NCBI RefSeq assembly: GCF_009914755.1 | Contig: NC_060942.1 | Reading direction: 5' to 3' (one strand) | DNA from: the human T2T-CHM13v2.0 reference genome, Homo sapiens | DNA length: 64,000 nucleotides | Shown here: positions 13,959 to 26,930 of the stretch, one piece after another | How the letters are laid out: every line of letters begins with the position of its first letter | Numbering within the stretch: the stretch's first letter is position 1 | Notes under the pieces: model-generated | The model's database searches: none | Seen by the model: the letters and a program-made list of their open reading frames with translations, nothing else | Told to the model about the DNA's origin: nothing | Program-made: the position numbers and the translations under genes

Positions 13959-14788
13959 AGAAGTACATGTTATATGTTATAACATCTTTTAAAATTTTTA
14001 TTTCACTCATTGAATAAATAGACTTTCTAATATTAAAAATGCATTTCAAGGATATGATGAACAATACTAGAGTTTAATTTTGTTCATTAAAATTTTATTT
14101 GAGCTTTTTATTTATAATCAAATGTAATTCTTAAACTTTCAAATTTTTAATATTTGTTCTTGAGATATGTAAGTTTCATAAGATGAATTGAGGATCAGTA
14201 ATATTCTGAAGTAGAATAGCATAGAAATTATCTGTTTCTTGAAAGTTTGAAGAAAGTTTACCTGGAAAATTATTTGGCATAAGGTCTTTTGAATTATTTT
14301 GATTTTTTTCCAAGGTTATTGGTCTATTTATTATTGTGTCAATTTTGGCCCCTTTTACTTTCCTTGAACAATGTATCTTTCCAACTTAACATCAAAGAAT
14401 ATTCCATAATATTCTCATAATTTTATGACCTCCGTATCTGCTGTTACATATTTTTTCTTAATTCTAATGCCTTTTTTATGATGGTTAAATCAATTTGTCA
14501 GGTTCCTTTGTTTGTTTTTTCATAGTGCTATTTTCTTCACAGAACCATCTTCTACGTTTATCCTATGAGGTTTTTAAAATTTGTTTTTAAACTTAGTAAT
14601 TCCTGATTTTGGCATCATTACTACATATTTCTTTCCCAAAGTGTATTTTGTTATTATATATCTAGCTTCTTGACTTCAATGATTAGTTCATTTATTTTCA
14701 TTAATAATGACAACCCTTAAGGCTATGAGTTTTTTTCTCCAGTAGAGCATTGGCTTAATCCTGAAGATATGATATATAATATTGTTAC

Positions 14789-15108
14789 TTTTTTTCTTTC
14801 TTTCTTTTTCTTTTTTTTTTTTTTTGTTTGAGATGGAGTCTTGCTCTGTCACCCAGGCTGGAGGGCAGCGGCGTGATCTCAGCTCATTGCAACCTCTGAC
14901 TCCCGGGTTTAAGCAATTCTCTGTGTCAGCCTCCCAAGTAGCTGGGGTTAAAGGCATCTGCCACCATGCCCAGCTAATTTTTGTATTTTTAGTAGAGACG
15001 GGGTTTCACCATCTTGGCCAGGCTGGTCTTGAACTCCTGACCTTGTGATCCACCCTCCTCAGCCTCCCAAAGTGCTGGGATTACAGGCATGAGCCACTGC
15101 ACCCGGAC
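14789..15108 (-). mobile_element. AluS
   Basis: Full antisense Alu; TSD ttgtta(c/t)t. Confidence 0.95.
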
Positions 15109-16057
15109 TTGTTATTCTTTTTCTTAATAACAGACTTTTTCTTAAGTCTGTTATTGTGGACTTGACGTTTTCATTGACATATATGTTTAGAAATTTTGAA
15201 AAATATTTACAAGGATTAGAAGAATTACTATTTAAACTTTGTTAATTTTTCAATTCATTATATTACAGTCATAGAATATGACCAGTTCAATTTTACATTA
15301 TAGAATTTGTTGAGATTCTCTTTGTGATTGAGTATATAATAATTTTACTAAGTGTTTCATGGTAACTTGAAAAAGTACTTTAACTGAACAATATAAAGTT
15401 GAATATAAATCTAATCCAACCTCATACTATGATTCAAACTTCTTGTCCTTATGTTTTTCTATATGAGATTATAAAGACAGGAATCCACCATGACAATCGT
15501 GTTTCTGTTTCCCTTCTGCCAAGAACTTTTGTATATGTATAGATAAAACTCACCTGAAAGATAATGATTACTATATTTCTTTGTGGAATTTTTATTTATT
15601 AATAATTCTTCTTTCATTTAATCCTCTTTGGTTTTTCCTAAAATTAATATTGCCATCCTGTTGTTTTTCTAGAAAATATTGATGTTTTAAGTAAAAATAC
15701 TAAAAACATCTCTAAAATATTCTGATTTATGAAAAACTCATAAGCAGTATACAGCTGTAACTTTTCTGATTATTTGTACTTCATTTGTTTAATTTTATAT
15801 ATATATATACATATATATTTTTTACATGAACCTGATTCAACTCTAGGTTGGATGGAGACTATTTTTAAGCAATTCCTTTAAGAAGGGCAGAGGGCTGGTA
15901 CAGTTCTTGAATTATTAAATATCAATGTTTTTCTACAGTCATCATATGAGAATAAGAACATAGTAATATGCAATTTTTAGGTCATATCATTTCCATCTTA
16001 AACCTCAGTAGACACTTTTCCACTGTCTTTGGGCTGTTGGTTATACAATTAAAATCC

Positions 16058-16228
16058 TAGGGCTAGTGCTATTCTTAGACCTCAGTGGTAGATCCTTGCC
16101 CCAAACTGCGCCCCTCAGAGGGTCCCCACACTTTGCAGCGCCTTCCTTCAAATTTTGCAAGTCTTCATCTGGTGTCAGGGGCCAGCAGGGGCCCCCTAAA
16201 TCCTGGCTGCAACCCATGTGGACCCTGA
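16058..16228. mobile_element. Possible hAT-Tip100 (MER91-like) MITE
   Basis: GC-rich island in AT-rich L1M with ends tagggc...ccctg. Confidence 0.35.
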
Positions 16229-16440
16229 TCCTTTTTCTTCCTTTTGAGACTCCAGATTATTTTGAATAACTCAAGCAGTTTATGTAGAAAGAGGCCCCAT
16301 GAACAATATTTGTTCAGATTTCCGAAGGGTAGCTCTGCTGAGGCCAAGCTGATTTTTCTGTAACTTATTTCACAGATATAACAAATAGATACCATTTTAT
16401 ATATACGTTAAAGTGCACAGACCTTAAGCTTGACCAATTT

Positions 16441-16906
16441 TTTTTTATACTTTAAGTTCTGGGATACATGTGCAGAACGTGCATGTTTGTTAAAAAGGTG
16501 TATACTAAGTGCCATAGTGGTTTGCTGCACCCATCAACCTGTCATCTACATCAGGTATTTCTCCTAATGCTATCCCTCCCCTAGCCCCTCACCCCCTGAC
16601 AGGCCCCAGTGTGTGATGTTCCCCTCCCTCTGTGCATGTGTTCTCATCGTTCAACTCCCACTTATGAGTGAGAACATGCGGTGTTTGGTTTTCTGTTCCT
16701 GTGTTAGTTTGCTGAGAATGATGGTTTCCAGCTTCATCCATGTCCCTGCAAAGGACATGAACTCATTCTTTTTTATGCCCGCATAATATTCCATGGTGTA
16801 TATGTGCCACATTTTCTTTATCCAGTCTATCATTGATGGGCACTTGGGTTGGTTCCAAGTCTTTGCTATTGTTAATAGTGCTGCAATAAACATACATGTG
16901 GATGTG
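16441..16906 (-). mobile_element. L1PA7-like 5'-truncated 3' end
   Basis: ORF 16651-16893 encodes the L1 ORF2 C-terminus (MFIAALLTIAKTWNQPKCPS...); 15-bp TSD aagcttgaccaattt at 16426-16440 and 16907-16921. Confidence 0.92.
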
Positions 16907-18089
16907 AAGCTTGACCAATTTTTATAAAATGTTTATACCTATGTGACCACCATCCAGATTAGGATACAGATACATAATATTACCAGCATTCTGGAAGTCT
17001 CCTTTGTGCCCTCACCCAGTCACACTCCCAACATGCAAGCATTATTCTGACTTCTCTCACCATAGATTACATTTTTTCCTGTTTTTGAACTTTATATATA
17101 TGAAATCATACATTGTGTACTCCTTTGTGGCTGGCCATTTCACACAGCGTTATATCTGTGAGTTTATCCATATGATAGCATGTAGTAGTAGTTCATTTTC
17201 TTTTCATTGTTTGTAGTCTACCATAGTTATAAATCTTCCACAATGTTTCCATTCCACCACTGATGGACATGTGGGTTGATTCTAGCTTAGGGTTAGTGTT
17301 AATACCGTGGCACTGAACATTCTTGGACGTGTATTGCTGTAGCATGTATTCCACTAGGAGTAGAATTGCTGGGTCATTGGGTACACATTAGTAGATGCTG
17401 TCAAACAGCTTTCAAAAGAGGCTGTACCAGTGCACATTCCCACTACTAATGCATGAGAGTTTCTGTTGCTTGACATGCTCAGCAAGCTTTTATAGTACCA
17501 GTGATTTGTTTTCAGTTAGCCCTTCAGGTAGATATATAGTGGTTTCTCACTGCGGTTCTAATTTGCATTTCACTGATGAATAATATTTCCCTGATGACAA
17601 TACTGACCACTTTTTACATACTTGATTAGTCTAAATATCTTCTCTTGGAAAATGACAATTGGAAAATCTTACTCTTTTGTTATTGGATTGTTGGGTTATC
17701 TACTTTTTTCAAATTAATGTATAAAAATTCTCTGTATATTCTAAAACCAAGGTTTTGTTGCAGAAGTCTATAAATCTACTTGCTTTTCTGCACCTTTAAT
17801 GATATTTTCTGATTAAAACAATCTAAATTTTAATAAAGTCTATTTAATCGATCTTTTTCTTTCTGGTTGGTACTTTTTAAGAAGCTTTGCCTACTCCCAG
17901 GTCCTAAATATATCTTCTTGCTTTACCCTTTTTATTTTGGTCTGTAATCCCCGTGGAATCGATTTTCTGTGAATGAAGTGAAGAGGGAGTCCAGTTTCAT
18001 TTATTTATAGATGTACACACATTTGCTCTAGCAGCATTTGTTCGAAAGACCAATCTTTTCCCCAATGGCATTACTGCAACACATTTTTC

Positions 18090-18219
18090 CTTTTCTATTC
18101 TTTTTAATTTTTAACTTTTTTCACTGATATATAATAATTATACATATTTATAGGGTACATTTTATATTTTGATATATGCATACAGCGTGTAATGATTATA
18201 TCAGGGTAATTAGGATATC
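18090..18219 (-). mobile_element. Short L1MA 3' end
   Basis: 'catatttatagggtaca...tgtaatgattatatcagggtaattaggatatc'; TSD ctgcaacaca. Confidence 0.65.
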
Positions 18220-18262
18220 CTGCAACACAACACATTTTTTTTTTTTGTAAATTTGATGACTG

Positions 18263-20026
18263 CAGTACCACGTTTAGACACAGGCAAGAGAACCCCCGCC
18301 CCAGGCCACATGCCTCAGGGAACCACCACACCACCCTCCATTTGAAGTGCTTTCCTTCCATTTTCCTTAGGCTCCTGTGGCTGACAGTGTTGTCTGGGTG
18401 CCCTGAGCCAGGACGGGGACCTGCATGTGCTTTGTTCCCGTTCTCCCTTTTGAGGTATTCTTCGACCCTCTACCGCTATATAAGAATCCAATCACATGCC
18501 CTGAGGAGCACCTGGTCCACTGCTGCCCTTAAATTGGTCTTAAGCTGCACCTGTGTGGGCCTGTGTCGGCTCACTCATCCATGATCGGACGGTGGTGCTG
18601 CTCCTGTGCAGCAGTGGAGGCAGTGGCAGGCATGTTCTACTCTGCTCCAGGCAGTGGTACCAGGGTGGTCATCTCACCCCTTCCCTTCCCTGCCACATGT
18701 CAGGTAGTCGCCATGGGGTGGTCTCAACTACCTCCTCCAAGGGCTTCCAGGACTACTGCTCCTCACTGGAAATGGGCACTTCCGATTGATGCATGTTCTT
18801 TTTTTTTTTTTTTTTTTGCCTCTGATCAATGTGGTGATGTCATGTTCTCCCAGGTTGGTCTTAAGCCATGCCAGATAATAGACAGACATTCTTTACATGA
18901 ATGAGGATTTTATTTTTGCTCTACCAGGGAACCCTCCTCCCTGCTGACAGGGTATGGAAGGCAAGGCTGTAATCAACACTGAAAGTGATTCCTAGACTAA
19001 TCATTTTCAATGTTGATTACTACAGCTTATGGAGTTCAAGAGAAGACATGATTGGAAGATATTTTGTTCCGTATTTAAGCTATAAAATTCTGAATGGTAA
19101 ATTTAACATGTTTAGACAACAAAATTTCCTCCATATTCTGCATAAGACCTGAATTTGTGGTAATCTTCAATGAAACATAGAAATAACCTTTGAGAGAGAT
19201 GTTGGAAGTCCACAGTCATGAGCAGCATGATGGATGACTCAGCATCATGAATGATTCAGCATCATGAATGATGATGCAACCAACATTGAATAAACGGTAG
19301 TGGAGAACTGAAGAGGCAAGAAGATCTATTGTGTCTCAATGAAGTTTCTGAAGACCCTGGTATTATGAATATTAAGAGTCACTATCAGCCAGACTCAGTG
19401 GCTCATGCCTGTAATCCCAGGGATTACAGGGAGGCCGAGGCGGGCGGATCACAAGGTCAAGAGATCGAGACCATCCTGGCTAACACGGTGAAACCCCATC
19501 TCTACTAAAAATACAAAAAATTAGCCAGGCGTGGTTGCGGGCGCCTGTAGCCCCAGCTACTCAGGAGGCTGAGGCAGGAGAATGGCGTGAACCCGGGAGG
19601 CGGAGCTTACAGTGAGCAGAGATCGCTCCACTGTAGTCCAGCCTGGGCAACAGAGAGACTGTCCAAAAAAAAAAGAGTCACCATCTTTTCTTTGTGGTAG
19701 AAAATCTGAAATCAGCCAAGAATAGCACAGTTGAAAATAGTGATCGCAAAGAGATCACAATAATGATCACAGATGGATGGTTTCTGACCCTGAACAGGAA
19801 GAGACAGTGTCTGGACCTATGAAGAATCTTCACAGGCACTGATTGGATAATAAACAAACAGGGAAGTAGACCCACTCAACCCATTATTCTAACTCTTCAT
19901 CAAAAATTCTTAAGTCTCATTTGGGCCCATACATTTTGTAATACATTTTAATCAAATTATTTATATAGTCAGGAGCCCTACAGAACATATTTTCCCAGGG
20001 TCCTACATACCCTACCAGTGGCCCTA
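18263..20026. mobile_element. hAT-Tip100-like DNA transposon (Zaphod/MER115-like) inserted in L1M
   Basis: Ends cagtaccac... and ...gtggcccta; degenerate 8-bp TSD gatgactg/gctgacta; the host L1M resumes on both sides. Confidence 0.55.
19387..19672 (+). mobile_element. AluY-like
   Basis: AluY diagnostic positions; TSD aagagtcac(t/c)atc. Confidence 0.95.
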
Positions 20027-21452
20027 GCTGACTAAATATGTGTGGATCTGTTTCTGGACTCTAGTCTATTCCACTGGCCAATATGTCTCTCCTCTCATCA
20101 ACATTACATTGGCTTAATTATTATAGCTTTATAATAAGTCTTGACATCTACTTATGTAAAATCTTCAACTTCATTTCTTCTCTAACACAGTCTTGAATAT
20201 TCTTGGATGTTTGCACTTCTGTATAAATTTTACACCAATTGTCCTCTCTCCTTCCACATACACAAACATGCACACACAAACATGCTGGGAAATTGATTGG
20301 GATTTTATTGAATCTAAAAATCAATTTGGGGGGAATTGCTATTTTTACCATATTGAATCTTCCAACCCATCAACATCATATATCTTTCCATTTATTCCAG
20401 TCTTCATTAAATGCCCTCAGCAACGTTTTATAGTTTTTGGTTTTCAGGAAAAAAATTAAATTAATTCCCAACTATAATAATGTCTAACACTTGGGTGTAT
20501 TTTATTTTAAATTTCTTTTAGATTTTATTGTTAAATGTATAATATATGATTGATAAATATATACATATATACAAGATTTTGGGTTTTTTTAGTCTTCCAT
20601 ATATAATGTAAATATATGTACATATAAGTGTTATAAATAGTATCTTCTTATAAAATTAAGGTTACATTTTATGTAATGTTTCATTATGTACTTCTACTTC
20701 ACATTAATCAACATTTTCTCACATAGCTAAATGTTTCTTAAAATACTTTTTAAAAAATTTCTGCATAGTATTTCATCATATTAATGTACCATAAATTATT
20801 TTAGCCAATGTTCTATTTTGTGTTACTTAGATTAATCCAATTTGAAAATGTAAATATTTCAACAAAAAACATCCATATATATAAATCTTTGTACACATCT
20901 CTAATTAGTTCTTTTGGATAAATTTCTAGAAGTGAAATGACTAGATCCAACGATATAAATTTTTCAAGATTTGGATATACATTGCCAAGTTGCCCTTCAG
21001 GTAGGTGCTGGGTTACATTCCCACCAGCAGACTAAAAGCTGATTGTTCATTCTCTTCCTCATTAATATTGGATATTAAATTATTCTGCCAATTTGGTGGA
21101 GAAAATGTTTTAATTTATATTTCTTTGATTACAAGTAAAGTTGAAATATGTATTTTTATATGTTTCTTGGGATTTTTATATTTTTTCTTTTATAAATTAC
21201 TTGCTTACGTCTTTTGCCAATTTTTCTATTTAGGTGTACGTCTTTCTGGTTAGCACTTCGTTTATGTTAACGATATGATATCCATTAGTCATATAAGTTT
21301 TAAACATTTATTTTCAGTTTATTTGTTTTTTAATTTCGCCACTGTTTATTTAATGTATAAATTTAAACTGTCATAAAGTCAAATATTTTTCAGTGTTCAG
21401 TTCTTTTTCATTTGTGCTTAGGAAAGCCTATCTTACTCCAATACTAAATTTA

Positions 21453-21806
<354 letters not shown>

Positions 21807-22409
21807 TTAATATTGTAATCCAGCTGGATATGTGTGATAGGATGGAAGTAGGGTATAATTTTGTTTTGTTTTTATTTTTCTCCAGACATGTCACCGGTTG
21901 TCCCAGATCCTGCTACAAACACAGTAAGAAACATACAGGGCAGGATTAAGATACATGAATAAAAAGAAATGAAATGAAAAAGAAAAGTTTAAGACAATTG
22001 AAGGAAAATGATTTATATGGAAACAAGCGAAGGTGAGCCAATAAAGACTACAAAGGAGAGAACTAAAATAGTGAAACAAATTATTTTAAATTCGAATTTT
22101 CAAAAAATCACTTCAAGCTAAAAGAAGACTTTGTAGCTTGAAAAGGCATGCCATGTTCTAGGAAAAACAGACCCAGAACAGTCAACATCAAGTAAGTTTC
22201 CTGGAGGAAATCACCTATGAGGGAAAGATAGGCTGGCCTCACAGTTCTGCACAGTAACATTCAGTGACAGCAGAAGTCAACAGCTCTATTTTCAGATTCT
22301 CAAGGAAAGAAAGGCTGACCAAGAACTTTATACCCAGACAAATTATCATTCATGTATAAAGACAATGGAAAAACAATTTTGAACATGCAAGAGCTCAAGC
22401 ATCCTTTTT

Positions 22410-22559
22410 CTTTTTAACCTTTCACAAACTTATTTATTTGAAAATACAAATATAAAATTATACTTTCCACATCTGTAATGTGAGAGACCGCCATCTACAT
22501 AGTAATTTTGTACAACAGGGCTTTAAGAAAGCCACACACACAGACCTGAAAGATGCTTG

Positions 22560-22612
<53 letters not shown>

Positions 22613-23908
22613 CACACATACATACATACATACGTATGTATGTATGTATGTAGATAAATAGATGATAGATAGATAGACATGTATGTATACATAGTAAAAA
22701 AAACTCACTACCAAAGTTCTCATCAGTTTCATACTAAAGTATAAAAGTAACGGTGAGGTCAGCCACAGTGCTAGGGAAAGTTTTATTTAGATACATTTAT
22801 GTCCAGAGGAAACGCTTAGACTTGCATCCTATTACCTATGGAATTTGGAGTTTACAATACACCATGAACGGCAGATTGGCTAGCCCATGCTACTTAAAAA
22901 GACATTCACAGATTCCACACGGGATGGTACATTACGTACAGAATACAGCAGTAGAGAACCTTCGAGGGAGGCTCTGGAATTTTTGTTTTTCAGCCTCCAG
23001 CCCCCTGCCCCATCAGGCCCCTGCCTCCCAGAACTGAAATCCTGTCTGAGATAATACATTCTGATTATTTGATAGCTATGTGTTTGGTTTAAGGTTGCCC
23101 CCCACCCCCAAGAGGGGTGGATTTTATTTATATGTTTTTGTGTTTTAGTTTACTTACTTTTTTGGTGGAAAAAAAAGAAAGAAAAAGAAAACAAACATAC
23201 TACAGTATTAAAATATTGCTTAACTTCCAGCATCTCCTTGTGTAGTGTCTGTGCCCAGGACGGGGCTGAGCTGACATCTGCCAGTTTTCTGCTTTGGGGT
23301 GAGGGTGGGGAAACCCGCCAGCATCTCTCTTCAGTGTGCTCTCAGTCCCTCTGCTCTACCCACTGCCTGCCTTCCTTGGAAGATAGCTTAGCTGCTGAAG
23401 TACATTTAAGAAAAAAATATATATATCCCCTCCCCCACCAACCCCCCACTCGCCCTCTGTCCCTGCGTGCCACTTGCAATCGATAAAGAGAAGTATGAGT
23501 CGGTGTTTCTTTTGTAAACAATTTCATATGCAATATAATACAGAAAGCATGACTGACCTTCAATTAAAAATGCAGTAAGCTATATTGCTTTATTCTTGCA
23601 TATGCTGCAGTGAGCAAATGAGAGAATGAAGCAATGTGGAAGTGGTGGCGGCTAAGTCCCTAGCCCTCATTTGCACTAAAGATCAAAATAGGTTTTGTTT
23701 TTCTATTTGGAACCAAAAATAAATTTTTTCCCCCAAAATCCTCAAAGAAAAAAGAGCAACAAGCAAAACCTGCCCCCAAGAAATCAAAAACAAAACAAAA
23801 CCAAAACCAAAAACTGAACACCTTTCAGGTCATTAGAATCAACAATTACACAATGATTTTTAGACTAGTCTAGCAAGATGTGTGTAACATTCACTGGCTG
23901 TGATTGAC
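22410..23908 (-). pseudogene. 5'-truncated processed retrocopy consisting only of 3'UTR of an unidentified gene
   Basis: 14-bp TSD caagcatccttttt at 22396-22409 and 23909-23922; TTTTT/AA L1 endonuclease site; minus-strand AATAAA (22433-22438) about 18 nt before a decayed poly(A); non-repeat UTR-like composition. Confidence 0.8.
22561..22690. repeat. Compound STR (GATA)13-(CATA)4-CG-(TATG)4-(GATA)n
   Basis: Directly visible. Confidence 0.95.
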
Positions 23909-23953
23909 CAAGCATCCTTTTTAAACTCCTGAACTTTGACCAACCAAGAGATA

Positions 23954-23954
<1 letters not shown>

Positions 23955-23988
<34 letters not shown>

Positions 23989-23990
23989 TC
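23955..23990. repeat. (CA)n microsatellite
   Basis: Directly visible. Confidence 0.95.
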
Positions 23991-24705
23991 ACGCAGAGCC
24001 AAAAGATTCGCAGTGAAACTTAACCCTATTTGTTTGTACAATCAAGATCAAAACAAATCTAGGAAGTATGGCAACAGAGAAGAGTGTAAATGTTAAAAAT
24101 CCTAACAACTATACAAAATAGAAATTATGTAAATTTAAAATAATTTGCAGAGGAAAGAGAAGAGAATGTAAAAATATAAGTCTGCTCACTCTCTCATCAT
24201 TTGCAGTTGGGAGGTTAAAATAACTAAATTAAAGCTAATGAAATAAAAAGGCATAAAATATTTAAAGGTAAGTACTAAGGAAGATAAAACAGTAAACTAG
24301 GAGTTGGCAGGGGAAGATCATTTTTCATAGTAGAGAATTACAAGTAAAGTTGAAATATGTATTTTCAGATACTCTGAAGAAACAGAAGTCTAAGGGTATT
24401 ATGCAACATTTTGATTGCAGATATACGCACTAGAACAAAATACAAACATTCCAATTTATCAGAAAAAAATCTACAAGAGTCAAGAAAATCATAGATGATA
24501 GACTAAGAAAAAGGCTAAAAATTAGAAAGCATTACATAAAATAATATGCCATTATATCTGTCATACTAGTAAATATAAATGGGTAAAACTAATATATGAT
24601 TTTTTATGATGCACAAAGCAAAAATCAAAACAGATACCAAAAAGGCAAATGCATCAAACATAGACAAAAGATATTCTAAGTAATGTTAACAAAGAGAAAG
24701 TGGGA

Positions 24706-25022
24706 TGTGGCAGAGACAGTTTGTCCTTTCCAAATATTTATTGACTTCCCTGTCTTTTCCAGCCTTCCCTGTGGAATAAGCAGACTTATGACTAATTCTA
24801 GCCAATAGACTATGCAGAGAATTGACTGGCATTTCCTCACTGAGACAGGTAAGAACCAGTGTGCCTCTCCACTTGACTCTTTCCCTGTCATGTTCTCCCA
24901 GTGGCATAGCCACCAGGTGGAACAAGGCAACCGAGATCACACTGGGTTTGGCATGAGCAGGAAATAAATACTTTGTCCATTCACTGAAAATCGGACTTTA
25001 ATTTTTATTTCAATAGTAATAG
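24706..25022 (+). mobile_element. MaLR solo LTR (MLT1I/J-like)
   Basis: 'tgtggcagagac...ttccagccttccctg...tgactaattctagccaatagactatg...gcatgagcaggaaataaa'. Confidence 0.7.
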
Positions 25023-25240
25023 CTGGGCTGTTTGTAATCTTAATATCAATGTTGAGTTCAGGTGAAGAAAAATAATAACAGCAGAGCACTTTTTTAAATG
25101 ATAAAAGAGGGGACTGTTCACAATGAATATATCACATTTATGAATGCCTATGCACCAAATAACTTAGAATCAACATTCATAAAGTAAAAGTGTCAGAAAA
25201 CAGGAGAAAGAGGACCACTTTCTTTGAAATGATATATTGG

Positions 25241-26132
25241 CCACAATTTCTCTGTGCACTGGAAGATGGTGATCCTCTTTCCCTGCCCAGTGCAGCCACA
25301 GCTCTTGGTGCCAAGAAGCATCTGAAGTGGGTAGGAGCCCCAAAGCATTGGATGCCGAATACATTGACCGGTGTGTTTGCTTGCCACCCATACACCAGTC
25401 TCCACAGGCTGAGAGTCTCCCCGTCATCATTTTCCTAAGGAACAGACTTAGGTATGCACTGACAGGAGATGAAGCAAAGAAGATCCGCATGCAGCAGTTC
25501 ATTAAGATCGATGACAAGGTCTTGACTGATATAACCTATGCCACTGGTTCCTTAGATGTCAGCATTAACAAGACCAGAGAGAATTTCCATCTGATCTGTG
25601 ACACCAGGGGTCACCTATTACACCCGAGGAGGCCAAGTTATTCAAAGTGAGAAGAAACTTTGTAAGCACAAAAGAAATCCCTGATCTGGCAGCTCATGAT
25701 GCTGGCACCATCTGCTGCCCTGGCCCTCATCAAGGTGAATGACATCGTTCAGACTGACTTGGAGACTGGCAAGATTACTGATTTCATCAGGTTCAACACT
25801 GGTAACCTGTGTATGGTGACTGGAGGGGCTAACCTGGGAAGGATTGGTGCAATCACCAACAGAGAAAAACATCCTGGATTTTTCGATGTGGTTCATGTAA
25901 AAGATGCCAACAGCAACAGCTTTGCTACCTGACTCTCCAACATTTTTGTTATTGGCACAAGCAACAAATCATGGATTTGTCTTGCCTGAGGACAAGGTAT
26001 CTGCCTCACCATTGCTGAAGAGAAAGAGAGAAGAGACTCGTGGCGGAAGAGAGCAGTGGGTGAAATGGTCTCTAGGTAAACATGTTAGAAAGGTCTTTAT
26101 ACTTAATTAAAAATCATACATCATGAAAAAAA
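25241..26132 (+). pseudogene. RPS4X: RPS4X (40S ribosomal protein eS4) processed pseudogene
   Basis: Intronless; peptides [92 protein letters not shown]; start codon mutated to ACA at 25298; frameshifts, deletions and premature TGAs; stop at 26061-26063; ATTAAA and A-tail near 26105-26132. Confidence 0.97.
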
Positions 26133-26675
26133 TTAATGAATGACATTTTGATTTTTTTCTCTCAGTCCATGAGAAAGCAGGTGAATAGAACATTTGTAAA
26201 AAAGTAGAAAACCTAAATTACAAAATTAATAAATTAAATTGTAACACATTAAACTCCATACCTTGAAAACAGGAAAATACATTTTTTTCTCAAGCCTTCA
26301 TGGAACCCTCACAAAAACTAACCATATATTAAATCACAAAGGAAATTATGGTAAATTTTAAAAAATAGGAATTATACCGATAACAATTGTTATTGCAAAG
26401 CAATAAAACTAGAAAATAATATGAAAACAAAAATTATATTACCTAGAAATCCTTTAACTATCTCATAAACAACTTTTGGGTGAAAAAGAAAATCAAATCT
26501 GAATTTACCAGAAGTATGGAAAATGACAATAACAAAAACACTACATGTCTGAATCACTGGGTTACATCTAAGATAGTGCTTATAGGAAAAAACCTGAAAT
26601 ACTTATATTAACAAACATTAAGCATTCCATTCAAGAAGTTAGAAAGCAACAATAACCAAGAAAAAGAAATGGAAA

Positions 26676-26930
26676 AGCATGTTTTCATTTATAAGTGGGA
26701 GCTGAACAATATGAACACATAAACACAGGGAGGGGAACAACACACACTGGGGTCTGTGTGGGCAGGGGGTTAGGGGAGAGAGAGCATCAAGAAGAACAGC
26801 TAATGCATGCTGGGCTTAATACCTAAGTGATGGGTTGATAGGTGCAGCAAACCACCATGGCACATGTTTATCTATGTAACAAACTTGCACATCCTGCACA
26901 TATACCCTAGAATTTAAAAAAGAAAAAAAA
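26676..26930 (+). mobile_element. L1PA (older, PA10-13-like) 3' end
   Basis: 'ataagtgggagctgaacaat...gctaatgcatgctgggcttaatacctaagtgatggg...' followed by an A tail. Confidence 0.85.

Noticed and set aside
25190-26110. Functional RPS4 retrogene
   Set aside because: Start codon lost, multiple frameshifts and deletions, premature stops.
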